Shown: in pieces, positions 1 to 11,780 of the stretch
How positions within the stretch are numbered: position 1 is the first letter of the stretch
Layout of the letters: each line of letters begins with the position of its first letter
Assembly (NCBI GenBank): GCA_964658305.1
Contig: OZ210885.1
Location: 25,172,001-25,236,000 of the forward strand
Length of the DNA stretch: 64,000 bases
Reading direction: 5' to 3'
DNA from: Leptogorgia sarmentosa
Lineage: Eukaryota
Program-made: the position numbers and the translations under genes
Notes under the pieces: model-generated
Database searches by the model: none
What the model was told of the DNA's origin: nothing
The model's input: the letters and a program-made list of their open reading frames with translations, nothing else

Positions 1-11
1 GGGTCACGAAA

Positions 12-1810
12 ATGAAAAGTCATCAAAACGTGATCTGGCGACATGTACCCACGGCTGAAAACCCCGCGGACTTGGGGAGCCGTGGCGGTAGCGTCGAGGA
101 GAATGATCTCTGGTGGAACGGGCCTACCTGGTTGGCGGACTCGGACCGATGGCCACCCAATCTTGTGACGAAAGTGAGCGAAACGAGTGAGGCCGAAAGG
201 AAAGTCCGACGCGAACTGTTCGCGGTTGGTGTCGAAAGAGAAAACAGTCTCATCGATCGAGTACTGGAGAGGTTTGATTTGCCTAAGTCGTTGAGAATTC
301 TTGGGTGGATTTCGCGATTCGCCCATAACTGTCGTCACCCGTCGGAGAAGATCACCGGAGCGATGACTACAAACGAGATTCTGGTACAAGAGAAGATATT
401 AGTTAAAGGAACGCAGCAAGAGTTCCTGGAGTCCGAGAAATTCAAAGAGGACAAGGATCAACTGAATTTGCAACTGAATGTTGATGGAGTCTGGGAATGC
501 CATGGAAGAATTCGCGGCGAGTACCCGATCTACTTACCGGATCAAGCTCTCTTTACTTCCAAGCTTGTGGAGAGAGCCCACCATCACACTCTGCATGGAG
601 GAGTTGGACTGGTTATGTCAAACCTTCGCGAACGGTATTGGATCCCGCGCCTCCGTAAGCTGGTGAAGAAAGTCATCCGTACGTGTTGGGGGTGCAAACG
701 GTTTCGGGTTGTTCCGGCAAAAGCTCCACCCCCAGGCCCGCTGCCAGAAACGAGAACAATTCCATCAAGCCCGTTTAACATCATCGGGGTCGACTTCGCT
801 GGTCCGATCAAACACCAGAAGAACGGAAGGGAGACGAAAGCGTATATTGTTTTGTACACTTGTAGCTTAACTCGAGCCGTTTTCCTGGACTTGTTGCCGA
901 GTTTAGAAACGAGGGAATTTATCAAGAGTTTCAAACGATTGGTAGCCAGACGAGGGAGACCGTCAGTTATTTATTCCGACAACGGGTCTACTTTCGTTGC
1001 GGCTTCAAAGTGGTTAAAGTCTGTCCGTAAGGATGAAGAGCTAAACGAGTTTCTGTGTGAGCTTTCTATATCGTGGAGATTCAATCTCAGCAGGACCCCC
1101 TGGTGGGGAGTCCAATTTGAAAGACTGATAGGTGTCATGAAAGGCTGTTTCTACAAAACAGTGGGAAATGGATTGTTGTCGTGGGATGAACTGACTGAGG
1201 TGCTGCTCGATATTGAGATTGCAATGAATAACAGACCATTGTGTTACATGAAGGAAGACGAACAGCAGCCGACCTTAACGCCAAATGCTATGTTGCTTGC
1301 CAATCCTAACTTTTTACCGGAATTAAAACCGTATCATGAGGAAGAAAATTTGCGAAAACAAGCGAAGTATTTGAAGAAGACAAAGGAAGATATGTGGCGG
1401 CATTGGACCAACGAATATATGAGAGCCTTGAGGGAACGTCATAGGTTGAAACACAATTCTCGAGGACCAAACCTCTCGGTTGGCGACGTTGTGCTGATTA
1501 AGTCGAGCGAACGAAACAGAAATGCTGGCCAATGGGAATTGTCAAAGAGCTCATTAAAGGCAAGGACGGAGTCTTTCGTGCAGCAAAACTGAAAAGCGGC
1601 CGTGATTGTTTAGAACGTACGCCACAACATCTGTACCCTCTTGAATTAAGCTGTGACACCTTTAAACGGACGGACGGGGAGAATGTTATCGCCCAGAAGC
1701 CAGTTGAGTTGAATCCAGATGCGCTCAGATTCATGCCGAAAAGACATGCTGCTGTCGAGGCACGGAAACGGGCTTACGAACAATTGCGTGATGAACAGAC
1801 ACTTGATTAA
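12..1810 (+). pseudogene. BEL/Pao pol fragment (end of RNase H, integrase), frameshifted near 1525-1535
   Basis: ORF 12..1592 has HHHTLH...CWGC, VDFAG, SDNG and QFERL; the C-terminus (GIVKELIKGKDG...LYPLE) continues in another frame in ORF 1532..1810. Confidence 0.9.
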
Positions 1811-1927
1811 TGATCTTATCTCTGAACATAACATTAACATAATCGAACTCTATAGGTCGAACAGTTACTGTTGAGTTTTCTTTTGTTATACATGCATATG
1901 ATTTGCAACAATATGCATGGGGGAGGG

Positions 1928-2089
1928 TGTAGAAAACGTCATGTTACTTTAGATATAGGAGAGAGTGAGCACGAGGCGTAGTGAACGTTTATGGGTTGTG
2001 AGTTTATAGTTTATATTAAAAGAAAGACTATTGTCTGAAATTTGTGAGTTTAAGGAAACGTAGGGATCGAGAGTGCTACGTTTTCGACA
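1928..2089 (+). repeat. 3' LTR of BEL/Pao element A
   Basis: Starts TGTAGAAAACG, ends CGTTTTCGACA (imperfect terminal inverted repeat) and follows the PPT. Confidence 0.85.
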
Positions 2090-2228
2090 TCATTTAACAG
2101 TCAAGCAGCTCAGAACTCGATAGTTCTCTTGGTCTATAAACACAGAAATATTTGCATAGTAGGACAAAATTGTGAGGTGGCGTCTCCACTGGTAACAATT
2201 GCATCCAATTTTTCTTGAAACGACTTAC

Positions 2229-2432
2229 TTAAATAAGGGACTCCATGTATCAATAATTCCTCCTCCTCTTACTATAAAAAGATGCCCTCTGGACCATTTC
2301 TGCAGTCGTTGCTTTAGGCCAGTATCTTTGTTGCATACTGTTGGTTGAGGCTCAGTGCAGTCATTGAGAAGATTTGAGAAAGCATCATGTTGATTAGCAA
2401 TTAATTCAGAATTTCCTGGGGAAAAGGTAGTG
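2229..2432 (-). pseudogene. Exon of a KDZ-type (CxC5/CxC6-associated) transposase, likely continuing the gene at 10020-11417
   Basis: Minus-strand exon bounded by cag/gtaagt encoding ...TVCNKDTGLKQRLQKWSRGHLFIVRGGGIIDTWSPLFK; family call from motif recall. Confidence 0.55.
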
Positions 2433-2646
2433 ATCTGATCTTAACTACATTATTATCTTATTATCAGGATTCATTTATCATTTCATAACATATAGACCTC
2501 AGATGTTAGACGAGAGTGTCCACAGCACTGTCCCACAAGGAGATTCATCAGCTTCAACTAACGATGAAAGAACATCAAAAACTTTTGCATGCGTTTAATG
2601 CAACATGACGTATAGTATTTAGTTAAAAACCGCTGCATGGGGGCAT

Positions 2647-2777
2647 TGCGGTTGATATTGGAAAAAAAAACGTGGTTGTTATTTGTGTAATACTTGTGTC
2701 GAGCAAATATACAGAAAATTTATTGTCCTTTGAAGACTCTTGAACGTACTTGTCTGTTCTATACGCCATCGAGAACA
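2647..2777 (+). repeat. 5' LTR of BEL/Pao element B (followed by PBS at 2780-2796)
   Basis: TGCGG...GAGAACA, matches 9881-10016. Confidence 0.75.
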
Positions 2778-2860
2778 TTTGGTCCTTCGAGCCGGATCTA
2801 TAAGTATTGACAGCCGAACGGAAAATCTTGCACAATTTACGATTGATCGACAATTTCAAA

Positions 2861-5800
2861 ATGGCGGCGACAAATTCAAGTCAAATAAACATGACTGTTG
2901 GACAAGAAAAGGCGTAACTAAGACAACGACGACTGTGCAAGATGACTTTAGCGACAACGAGAGTGTGGTAATTGGAAGTACTGTAAGTACAAAGATTCAA
3001 AGTCTACGCAATAATAAGAAATTGGCCAAAAGTAGAATGACTAAAGCAAAAAAACAGTTGAGCGACCTCATTGAAAATCGACCACCAGATGTAGCATTAC
3101 CTAGCAAGAATACAGTGAGAAGAGCCATAAATAAGATTACTTCGGAGATGACTATTATTGCAAAGATTATTGGTAGTTTGAGAGAAGTCTATGCTTTGGC
3201 TGAAAACAATGAAGAGACTAATACAGTAATTGAGACGTTAGACAAGGAGCTGGATGACATTGGATATTCAGTTGATGTGATTATTGCAACCGCGGACAAG
3301 CATTTGGAAGAAAGACTTAACACAGGGGAGACCGAGTCAGTATTAATGTCAGTCAAGTCACATGAAGGTGTTGGAAAAAATTCATTACTATCCAAATTAC
3401 CATCTGAAGTACCATCCAAAATACCATCAACCAAACCCTCACATGTAGAGCAGAAACAGACTGAAGCCAAAGATGCGCATGACAGGTTGCAAAAAATGGA
3501 GAAGGAGCAACAAGAAAAAGAGCAACAGATGAGAAAACTGGCTGCTGAACTTGAGCTTACAAAGCAGCGAACAGACAAAGCCAGAAAGGTAGCAGAGATC
3601 AATAAGTCACGGGCAGAGAAGGCTGAACGACTATTAATCGAAGACTGTGATACGGTGAAAGACTTCCTTACAGAACGACAGTTTACAACACAATCTCCTG
3701 AAGAAGTACCAGTTGCGACCGTAGCTAGATCACCAGTCAAGTTGAAACGTGTCGACCTACCAAAGTTTTCTGGGGAAGATAAAACCAGCTATGAACCCTG
3801 GAAGGCAGCATTCATGGCAATGGTTGATGCTCAGAACATCCCCGTTGGCGAAAAAATGCTCAGGCTACAAAGCAGCTTATCTGACAAAGCACTGGTCTTG
3901 GTGAAAGATTTGGGATATTCCAGCGCTGCATATGAACGAGCAAAGTTGAAGCTAGAGAAGAGGTATGGGGGAGAGAGACGACAACAAATAAATCACCTTA
4001 CCACTTTGCGTAATTGGCCTAAGGTTCGGTCCCGCAATTTACAAGACCTAGAAGAATTTCAAGCCCTACTAGAGAGAATTTTGATTACTGTAAAGGACTG
4101 TGGATCCTTACAAGACCAAAGCCTAAACTTATCAGCAAAAGAGAAGCTAACCGAACACAATGTTCAAGCCTACAAATACTGGTTGATAGACCATGCAAAA
4201 GAAGATCGTTTTGAATCATTGGTTGACTGGGTCGAGCTTAGAGTGCAAATCATGGAGGAGGCGAGAGAGGAGACGGAAGGATTTGGAAGAAAGAATGATG
4301 AACGGGGCAAGGGGAATCGTGAAGGAAGAACACGTTTCCGAGGATTCAACACAAGATCTACAGCCAGACATTGTATTGTTAACACCTGGAAACAAGATCA
4401 TCCACCGTGGGTTTGTGACGCTTTCAAGAAACTCCCGGTGAACAAGAGAAAGGAGTTGATTTCAAAGAGCAGCCGTTGTTATCAGTGCCTGGCAGCTGGT
4501 CATCACAGTCAAGATTGTCGTAAAGCAAGGAAGTGTGGAGTTGATGGATGCCAAAGCGACAAGCACAGCAGTTATCTTCACGAAAGCATCCCTCCAAATG
4601 GAAATACAAATACGGGACAGCAGTTACAACCAGAAGCACCAGCCTTTAACCCAGGACCACCAGCCGCCCCCCAAACAAGGAACGAACGGTCCAGTAGTAT
4701 GAACTACAATCAACCAGGAATTCGCCCATCCACCCAAGAGAGAACCCACCAAACGAGTAATGCGGATAATATATTGTTAATGGTCCTTCCAGCCCTTATT
4801 AGCAATGGTCAGAAGCAGTTAAAAGTAAATGTCATGTTAGATCCATGTTCCACAAGTTCGTATATTTTGGAACATGCGGCAGGAGAGCTTGAACTACACA
4901 GACAGTCGTTGAGTCTGACAATTGCAGGAACAGGAGGAACTGAGGTCCAGAAACGTTCCAGGTGCGTGGAACTGTCGGTCGCTAGCCTGAATGGGACATT
5001 CTCAGCACCCTTACGAGTACATGTACTAGACAACATAGCCGGCGACACTCCAGCTTTTCATTGGGCAGAATTAAAGAGAGATTGGCCTCATCTACACCAT
5101 GTCCCCTTTGAGAAGGTATCCCGACGACGTTACATTGATGTTATGATTGGTAGCGATCATCCGTTATTTCATCTGGTGTTAAAGGAAATTCGTGGCAGCC
5201 GACCTAACGACCCGATTGCTCGATTGACAAACCTAGGTTGGGTTTGCTTTGGTCCTACGTTAGTAGAAGAATTCCGTCGCAAGTCCCGATCCCACTTCAC
5301 ACGGACGTATCGTAGCAACCACGTTAGCCAGCAACCACCACCTGACGACATCCTGAGAAAATTTTGGGAACTTGAGTCAATAGGAATCAAGGAAGAGACT
5401 CGCCAGCCGATGACAGTCGAAGAAAGGGTGGCAATGACGAAAGTAGCTGAGACCCTTACCTTTGAAAATGGTCGTTACACGGTTGGGATACCGTGGATAG
5501 AAGGTGAACCGAGGTTGGGAAACAATTACGATGCTGCTCTAGGGCGACTCCAAAGTCAGGAGAAATCACTCAAGCGAAAGGGCCCAGACATTATGAAACA
5601 ATACAGTCACATCTTTGAAGAGTATGAACACAAAGGTTATATAAAGAAAGTAGCTAAATCCGAGACAAGGGAACAGTGGTTCCTCCCGCATTTCCCCGTG
5701 ATCAGACCCGATAAAGATACGACGAAGGTCTGTGTTGTGTTCGACGCTGCAATGAAATGATTTGGGATATTCCAGCGCTGCATATGAACGAGCAAAGTTG

Positions 5801-8800
5801 AAGCTAGAGAAGAGGTATGGGGGAGAGAGACGACAACAAATAAATCACCTTACCACTTTGCGTAATTGGCCTAAGGTTCGGTCCCGCAATTTACAAGACC
5901 TAGAAGAATTTCAAGCCCTACTAGAGAGAATTTTGATTACTGTAAAGGACTGTGGATCCTTACAAGACCAAAGCCTAAACTTATCAGCAAAAGAGAAGCT
6001 AACCGAACACAATGTTCAAGCCTACAAATACTGGTTGATAGACCATGCAAAAGAAGATCGTTTTGAATCATTGGTTGACTGGGTCGAGCTTAGAGTGCAA
6101 ATCATGGAGGAGGCGAGAGAGGAGACGGAAGGATTTGGAAGAAAGAATGATGAACGGGGCAAGGGGAATCGTGAAGGAAGAACACGTTTCCGAGGATTCA
6201 ACACAAGATCTACAGCCAGACATTGTATTGTTAACACCTGGAAACAAGATCATCCACCGTGGGTTTGTGACGCTTTCAAGAAACTCCCGGTGAACAAGAG
6301 AAAGGAGTTGATTTCAAAGAGCAGCCGTTGTTATCAGTGCCTGGCAGCTGGTCATCACAGTCAAGATTGTCGTAAAGCAAGGAAGTGTGGAGTTGATGGA
6401 TGCCAAAGCGACAAGCACAGCAGTTATCTTCACGAAAGCATCCCTCCAAATGGAAATACAAATACGGGACAGCAGTTACAACCAGAAGCACCAGCCTTTA
6501 ACCCAGGACCACCAGCCGCCCCCCAAACAAGGAACGAACGGTCCAGTAGTATGAACTACAATCAACCAGGAATTCGCCCATCCACCCAAGAGAGAACCCA
6601 CCAAACGAGTAATGCGGATAATATATTGTTAATGGTCCTTCCAGCCCTTATTAGCAATGGTCAGAAGCAGTTAAAAGTAAATGTCATGTTAGATCCATGT
6701 TCCACAAGTTCGTATATTTTGGAACATGCGGCAGGAGAGCTTGAACTACACAGACAGTCGTTGAGTCTGACAATTGCAGGAACAGGAGGAACTGAGGTCC
6801 AGAAACGTTCCAGGTGCGTGGAACTGTCGGTCGCTAGCCTGAATGGGACATTCTCAGCACCCTTACGAGTACATGTACTAGACAACATAGCCGGCGACAC
6901 TCCAGCTTTTCATTGGGCAGAATTAAAGAGAGATTGGCCTCATCTACACCATGTCCCCTTTGAGAAGGTATCCCGACGACGTTACATTGATGTTATGATT
7001 GGTAGCGATCATCCGTTATTTCATCTGGTGTTAAAGGAAATTCGTGGCAGCCGACCTAACGACCCGATTGCTCGATTGACAAACCTAGGTTGGGTTTGCT
7101 TTGGTCCTACGTTAGTAGAAGAATTCCGTCGCAAGTCCCGATCCCACTTCACACGGACGTATCGTAGCAACCACGTTAGCCAGCAACCACCACCTGACGA
7201 CATCCTGAGAAAATTTTGGGAACTTGAGTCAATAGGAATCAAGGAAGAGACTCGCCAGCCGATGACAGTCGAAGAAAGGGTGGCAATGACGAAAGTAGCT
7301 GAGACCCTTACCTTTGAAAATGGTCGTTACACGGTTGGGATACCGTGGATAGAAGGTGAACCGAGGTTGGGAAACAATTACGATGCTGCTCTAGGGCGAC
7401 TCCAAAGTCAGGAGAAATCACTCAAGCGAAAGGGCCCAGACATTATGAAACAATACAGTCACATCTTTGAAGAGTATGAACACAAAGGTTATATAAAGAA
7501 AGTAGCTAAATCCGAGACAAGGGAACAGTGGTTCCTCCCGCATTTCCCCGTGATCAGACCCGATAAAGATACGACGAAGGTCTGTGTTGTGTTCGACGCT
7601 GCAATGAAATGTCAAGGGAAAAGTTTGAATGATGCTATACAATCTGGTCCCAAAATGCAACGAGAAATTTTGGACGTTCTACTCCGTTTCCGTAGGGCAC
7701 CAGTAGCCCTCACTGCCGATATTTCTGAAATGTTTCTCCAAGTTGGTCTGCGGAAAGAAGACCGTCCATACCATAGGTTCCTGTGGCGAGATTTTGATGC
7801 CTCAAAAGAGCCCGACGTTTACGAGTTTCAGAGATTGTTATTTGGCAACACTGCATCGCCATTCTGCTCGCAGTATGTCCTTCATAGTCACTATCCTGAG
7901 GCAGCCGAATCTGTGGACAATTCCATGTACGTGGACTATTTACTAGATTCTACCGAAACTGTTGAGACTGCACAACATCTGCAAAACCAGCTATCGGATG
8001 TGTTAGCCATGGCTGGGTTCAATTTACGAAAGTGGTCATCTAATGAGGCAGCAGTAATAGAGAATGTTCCTGTGAGTGATCGTTTGCCTACTATCGACAT
8101 CAACACGGGAGAGCCTCCTAAAACCAAGACGTTAGGAGTTATGTGGGAAGCAGCAAGAGACGTTTTCCAAGTCAAACAACCAGATATGAGTGTCATTCCC
8201 ACCAAGCGAAGTGTCCCAGGAACCATGAATCCAGCAGATTTACCAACACAAGGACTATCCGCAGCAGACCTTAGTGAGAGCACATTTTGGATCGAAGGCC
8301 CACCATTCCTGAGAGACAACGAGACTGCTTGGCCGAAATCACCCCCTAGCAAAGATGGTCAGAAATTTGATGTTAACGAAAGGAGATCAACTGCAAAGAC
8401 ATATACGGCGACTAAGACAGACAAATCCATAAGTATTGAGCCTTCACAATTCTCAAGCCTCAAGCGTCTATATCGTGTGACGGGATGGATTAGGCGTTTC
8501 ATCAATAACTGCAAAATTCGGGAGAGATCGGCACGAAATTACGGAAAAACTCTTTCTGCTGATGAGATGTTTGATGCTGAGACGTTTTGGATTAAACATA
8601 CACAGAATGAAGCATTTCCTAATGGAGTCCAGGAAAAGTCCCTGGTTCAACTGAATCCAACTAAAGACTACAATGGTCTACTTTGCATTAATGGTCGGTT
8701 ACATCACGCGGTAGGCATTCCTCATGAAACGAAGCATCCGATCCTCCTTCCAAAGAATCACCCGTTAACACGCCTCATAGTCATTGATACACATGAAACG

Positions 8801-9737
8801 CTCGGTCATGGGTCTGGTGTGGAGCACACTTTAACACAATTACGAACGCGATTTTGGGTGGTGAAAGGACGGCGCGTAGTTCGGAACACCATCCAGTCTT
8901 GCCCAGCGTGTCAGCGAACGTGTCAGCAAATGATGGCCCCCTTACCGGAAGCAACATTGTATTCGTTACGTGCCTTTGACCGAATAGGAATTGATTATGC
9001 TGGTCCGTTCTTAACAAGACAAGGACATAGCAAAACGCTATTTGTGCCTATTCACTTGCCTTACGACCAGGGCTGTTCATCTGGAGATGTCGTATTCATT
9101 AGATATGACCTCGTTTATCAATGCGTTTACCCGTATGACATCAAGGAGGGGGACGCCCACATATGTTATCACGGAGAATGGCACAAATTTTGTGGGCGCG
9201 GAACGTGAAATGCGTATATTAGGAGAGGCAGATATCACGGACGAGGAGTTACACACAGCCATTTGCGGAGCTGAACGATTATTAAATTCAAGGCCTATTA
9301 CATACGTTAGCTCAGACCCGAACGATCTCTCACCACTTACGCCGAATCATTTCCTCGTGGGACAAATTGGTGGATCATTTGCACCCGACGCACTGGACAA
9401 AACAGAAGTGTATAACCCTACGAAGCGATGGCATCATGTGCAACAATTGCTGCAGCAATTCTGGAAACGATGGAGAAGAGAGTTCCTTCCGCATCTCAAC
9501 GTCAGAAATAAATGGTTTCATCCAAGACACAATTTAAAGGAAGGTGACGTGGTGCTGATCGCAGAACCCAAGGATTGCCGAGGAGAATGGCCTCGGTCGC
9601 GTAATGGAAACCTATCCTGGTGACGATGGTTTTGTGCGGGTCGTCAAAGTGCGGGTCGTCAAAGTGCGGTCGAAGAACAAAGAGTATATTAGGCCGGTAC
9701 ATCGTTTGTGCCCTCTCGAGTATAGCAAAGAACAGTC
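2861..9737 (+). pseudogene. BEL/Pao gag-pol polyprotein, disrupted
   Basis: ORFs 2740..5760, 5762..9208 and 9042..9623. Broken by the tandem duplication, by an apparent deletion of most of RNase H at ~8210 (PTKRS|VPGTMNPAD) and by integrase frameshifts. Confidence 0.9.
3907..7610 (+). repeat. 1852-bp tandem duplication (3907-5758 = 5759-7610)
   Basis: Identical translations at a 1852-bp offset across several ORFs; junction ...GCAATGAAAT|GATTTGGG. Confidence 0.95.
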
Positions 9738-9880
9738 GGACAGTGATGACATATGAGTGAGATAGTGATCACCGGAACCTTTATTGCATCCTATTGATAT
9801 GTTGATATCAGACAGATTGTACAATGGTTTAATGCAACATGACGTATAGTATTTAGTTAAAAACCGCTGCATGGGGGGAT

Positions 9881-10016
9881 TGCGGTCGATATTGGGAATG
9901 TTGTGTAATATATATTGTTATTTGTGTAATACTTGTGTCGAGCAAATATACAGAAAATTTATTGTCCTTTGAAGACTCTTGAACATACTTGTCTGTTCTA
10001 TACGCCATCGAGAACA
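9881..10016 (+). repeat. 3' LTR of BEL/Pao element B
   Basis: Follows G-rich PPT ATGGGGGGAT; ends GAGAACA. Confidence 0.75.
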
Positions 10017-10019
10017 CTA

Positions 10020-11417
10020 TGCATAGATGTAGTTTCATTATCCATGCCTTGAACCATGAGTATGTTGGTAATACGGTACTTTCGTTCACGTTCGTATTTA
10101 TATGCTGCATGACTAACATAAGACAATAATTATTTCGTTGTACAAATATTATATAATACCTCTTGCCCTACAAGCATTGAAGCAATCTGCAGGTGAATGT
10201 TGGTATACAGATTTCGCTCTGCAACTGTCTATTTTTTCCATGAGTTTCTCTCTATCTTCGTCTTTTTTCATCAATGCAAAAAAATTCAACTCTCCAAGCT
10301 CTCTTAGCTCCTCTTCAAGTTCGCCATTCCAAAATGCAGCGGCACATTGTTTTTCTCCATAGCCTAGATTTTATCAGATACAGTTTCTTTAGTGAACTGT
10401 ATATTAAATAATGCATGGATGGATGCAAGAATCCAGTTCGCTTAAGTGACCCAAACTTAAATATAAGATCAGATGCGAAATCGTTCATATGTCGGTATAG
10501 GAAGTCAACAAGTGCATTCAGTAGAAATGTCCTACTTTCATCGTCTGTATGAAACTGATCAAATATTTCATTGTAAGCTGTCGGGAAACCAGATAAACTC
10601 ACCCAACTGTGATTGCTGGGACAATTTGAAGGAAACGTGAAATTAAAGTTCAGCTGATAGCAATTAAGTTTTTAAAAGTTTTATAAATAGTAACACCTAC
10701 AGTAATGCACGATATACTTTATTTAGACTGTAATGTTTGACTTCAACTTCATAATATTTTTGTTTAAATTTAATTACTTATGCTAGAGAAATTTGCCACT
10801 TTAAAAGAGACCTTTCTACAAAGCAGACATCTGTCGCTTCCGCCGTTGGCCTTCTCTCGGGGTATAAAGTCCACCCTGATTCTGGATTTCCATACTTCGA
10901 ATAACCATAAAATGTCTTCACTTCAACGAGACTTTGAACCCTTTGCTTGTTCCATAGTGATGGTGGTATTTCACTTTCAATGGATTGTTGTAGCGAACCA
11001 GAATTGAATCACATTGAAACATGTTCCCACTGGAGGTGCGAATACCTGCACTTGATCAGTTTTCGAAGAGGTGAGATACTTCATGTCCAATCTTTTTGCG
11101 CATTTGAATAAAGTTTCGGCATCATCTCTGGTCAATTGCGGTTGCAACAATTTTAGAACTTCAGCATGGACATTTAGAGGTAACACACTTAGGGACGAAA
11201 CGTTGTGAGCAATAGCGCAAACCACTGTTAGACCGTATCTTATTATTAAAGTGCAAAGAAGAATTTCTTTTGGAATGCTGTCGACTAAACTCAGATCGAT
11301 GGATCTAATCTGAGTTAATAGGCTTGCACTGAATTGCTGCTGGTTAATTTCTTCATCGACTTCTCCTCGCAAGCTTTCGATTAAAAAATCGGCCGAATGT
11401 TTTGAACGTTTGGACAT
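10020..11417 (-). pseudogene. N-terminal exons of a CxC5-type KDZ transposase, decayed
   Basis: MSKRSKHS... then VFAPPVGTCF (start of a CxC5-like cysteine cluster, frameshifted) and NHSWVSLSGFPTAYNEIF; stops and frameshifts. Confidence 0.55.
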
Positions 11418-11780
11418 GTTGTCTGCACGGCAGTTTACAAAAACTATAAAAAAAACCCTTGTAAACAATAAAAAAGTCCGTACTTCGGAAATGATGGTGA
11501 GAAATATCAAATAATCTAAACGTCGCCCCTGCTGTGTTATTTAGTCTATATTTACCAAATCGGAGAAGTATACGAATTCAGCAATTTGTGTCATAATTGT
11601 CTAGTAATACATGAACCAAGCTAGAAGTCAGTAAATAGCGCTCTTCACTGTTCTAACTATACGCATAACCACACGCAGTTACCATTAATACTGCGATAGG
11701 TTGAAAATCTTAAAACATCAGAGATATCATGTTGGCGGGCCAGTTAAACGAGGTATTAGACGTATACATATAAAAAATCA

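Larger units (their letters stand above)
1..2089 (+). mobile_element. BEL/Pao LTR retrotransposon A, 3' part (5' part lies outside the window)
   Basis: Pol C-terminus with WRHVPTAENPAD, HHCC zinc finger and DDE integrase; polypurine tract GGGGGAGGG at ~1919-1927 directly before a TG...CA LTR. Confidence 0.93.
2593..10016 (+). mobile_element. BEL/Pao LTR retrotransposon B, full span but defective
   Basis: Direct repeats 2593-2777 and 9827-10016; PBS TGGTCCTTCGAGCCGGA at 2780; gag (LPKFSG, CCHC knuckles), protease LDPCS, RT (YVDY), integrase. No clean TSD. Confidence 0.93.

Noticed and set aside
9634..9669. 15-bp tandem duplication GTGCGGGTCGTCAAA
   Set aside because: Local slippage in a dead pol gene.
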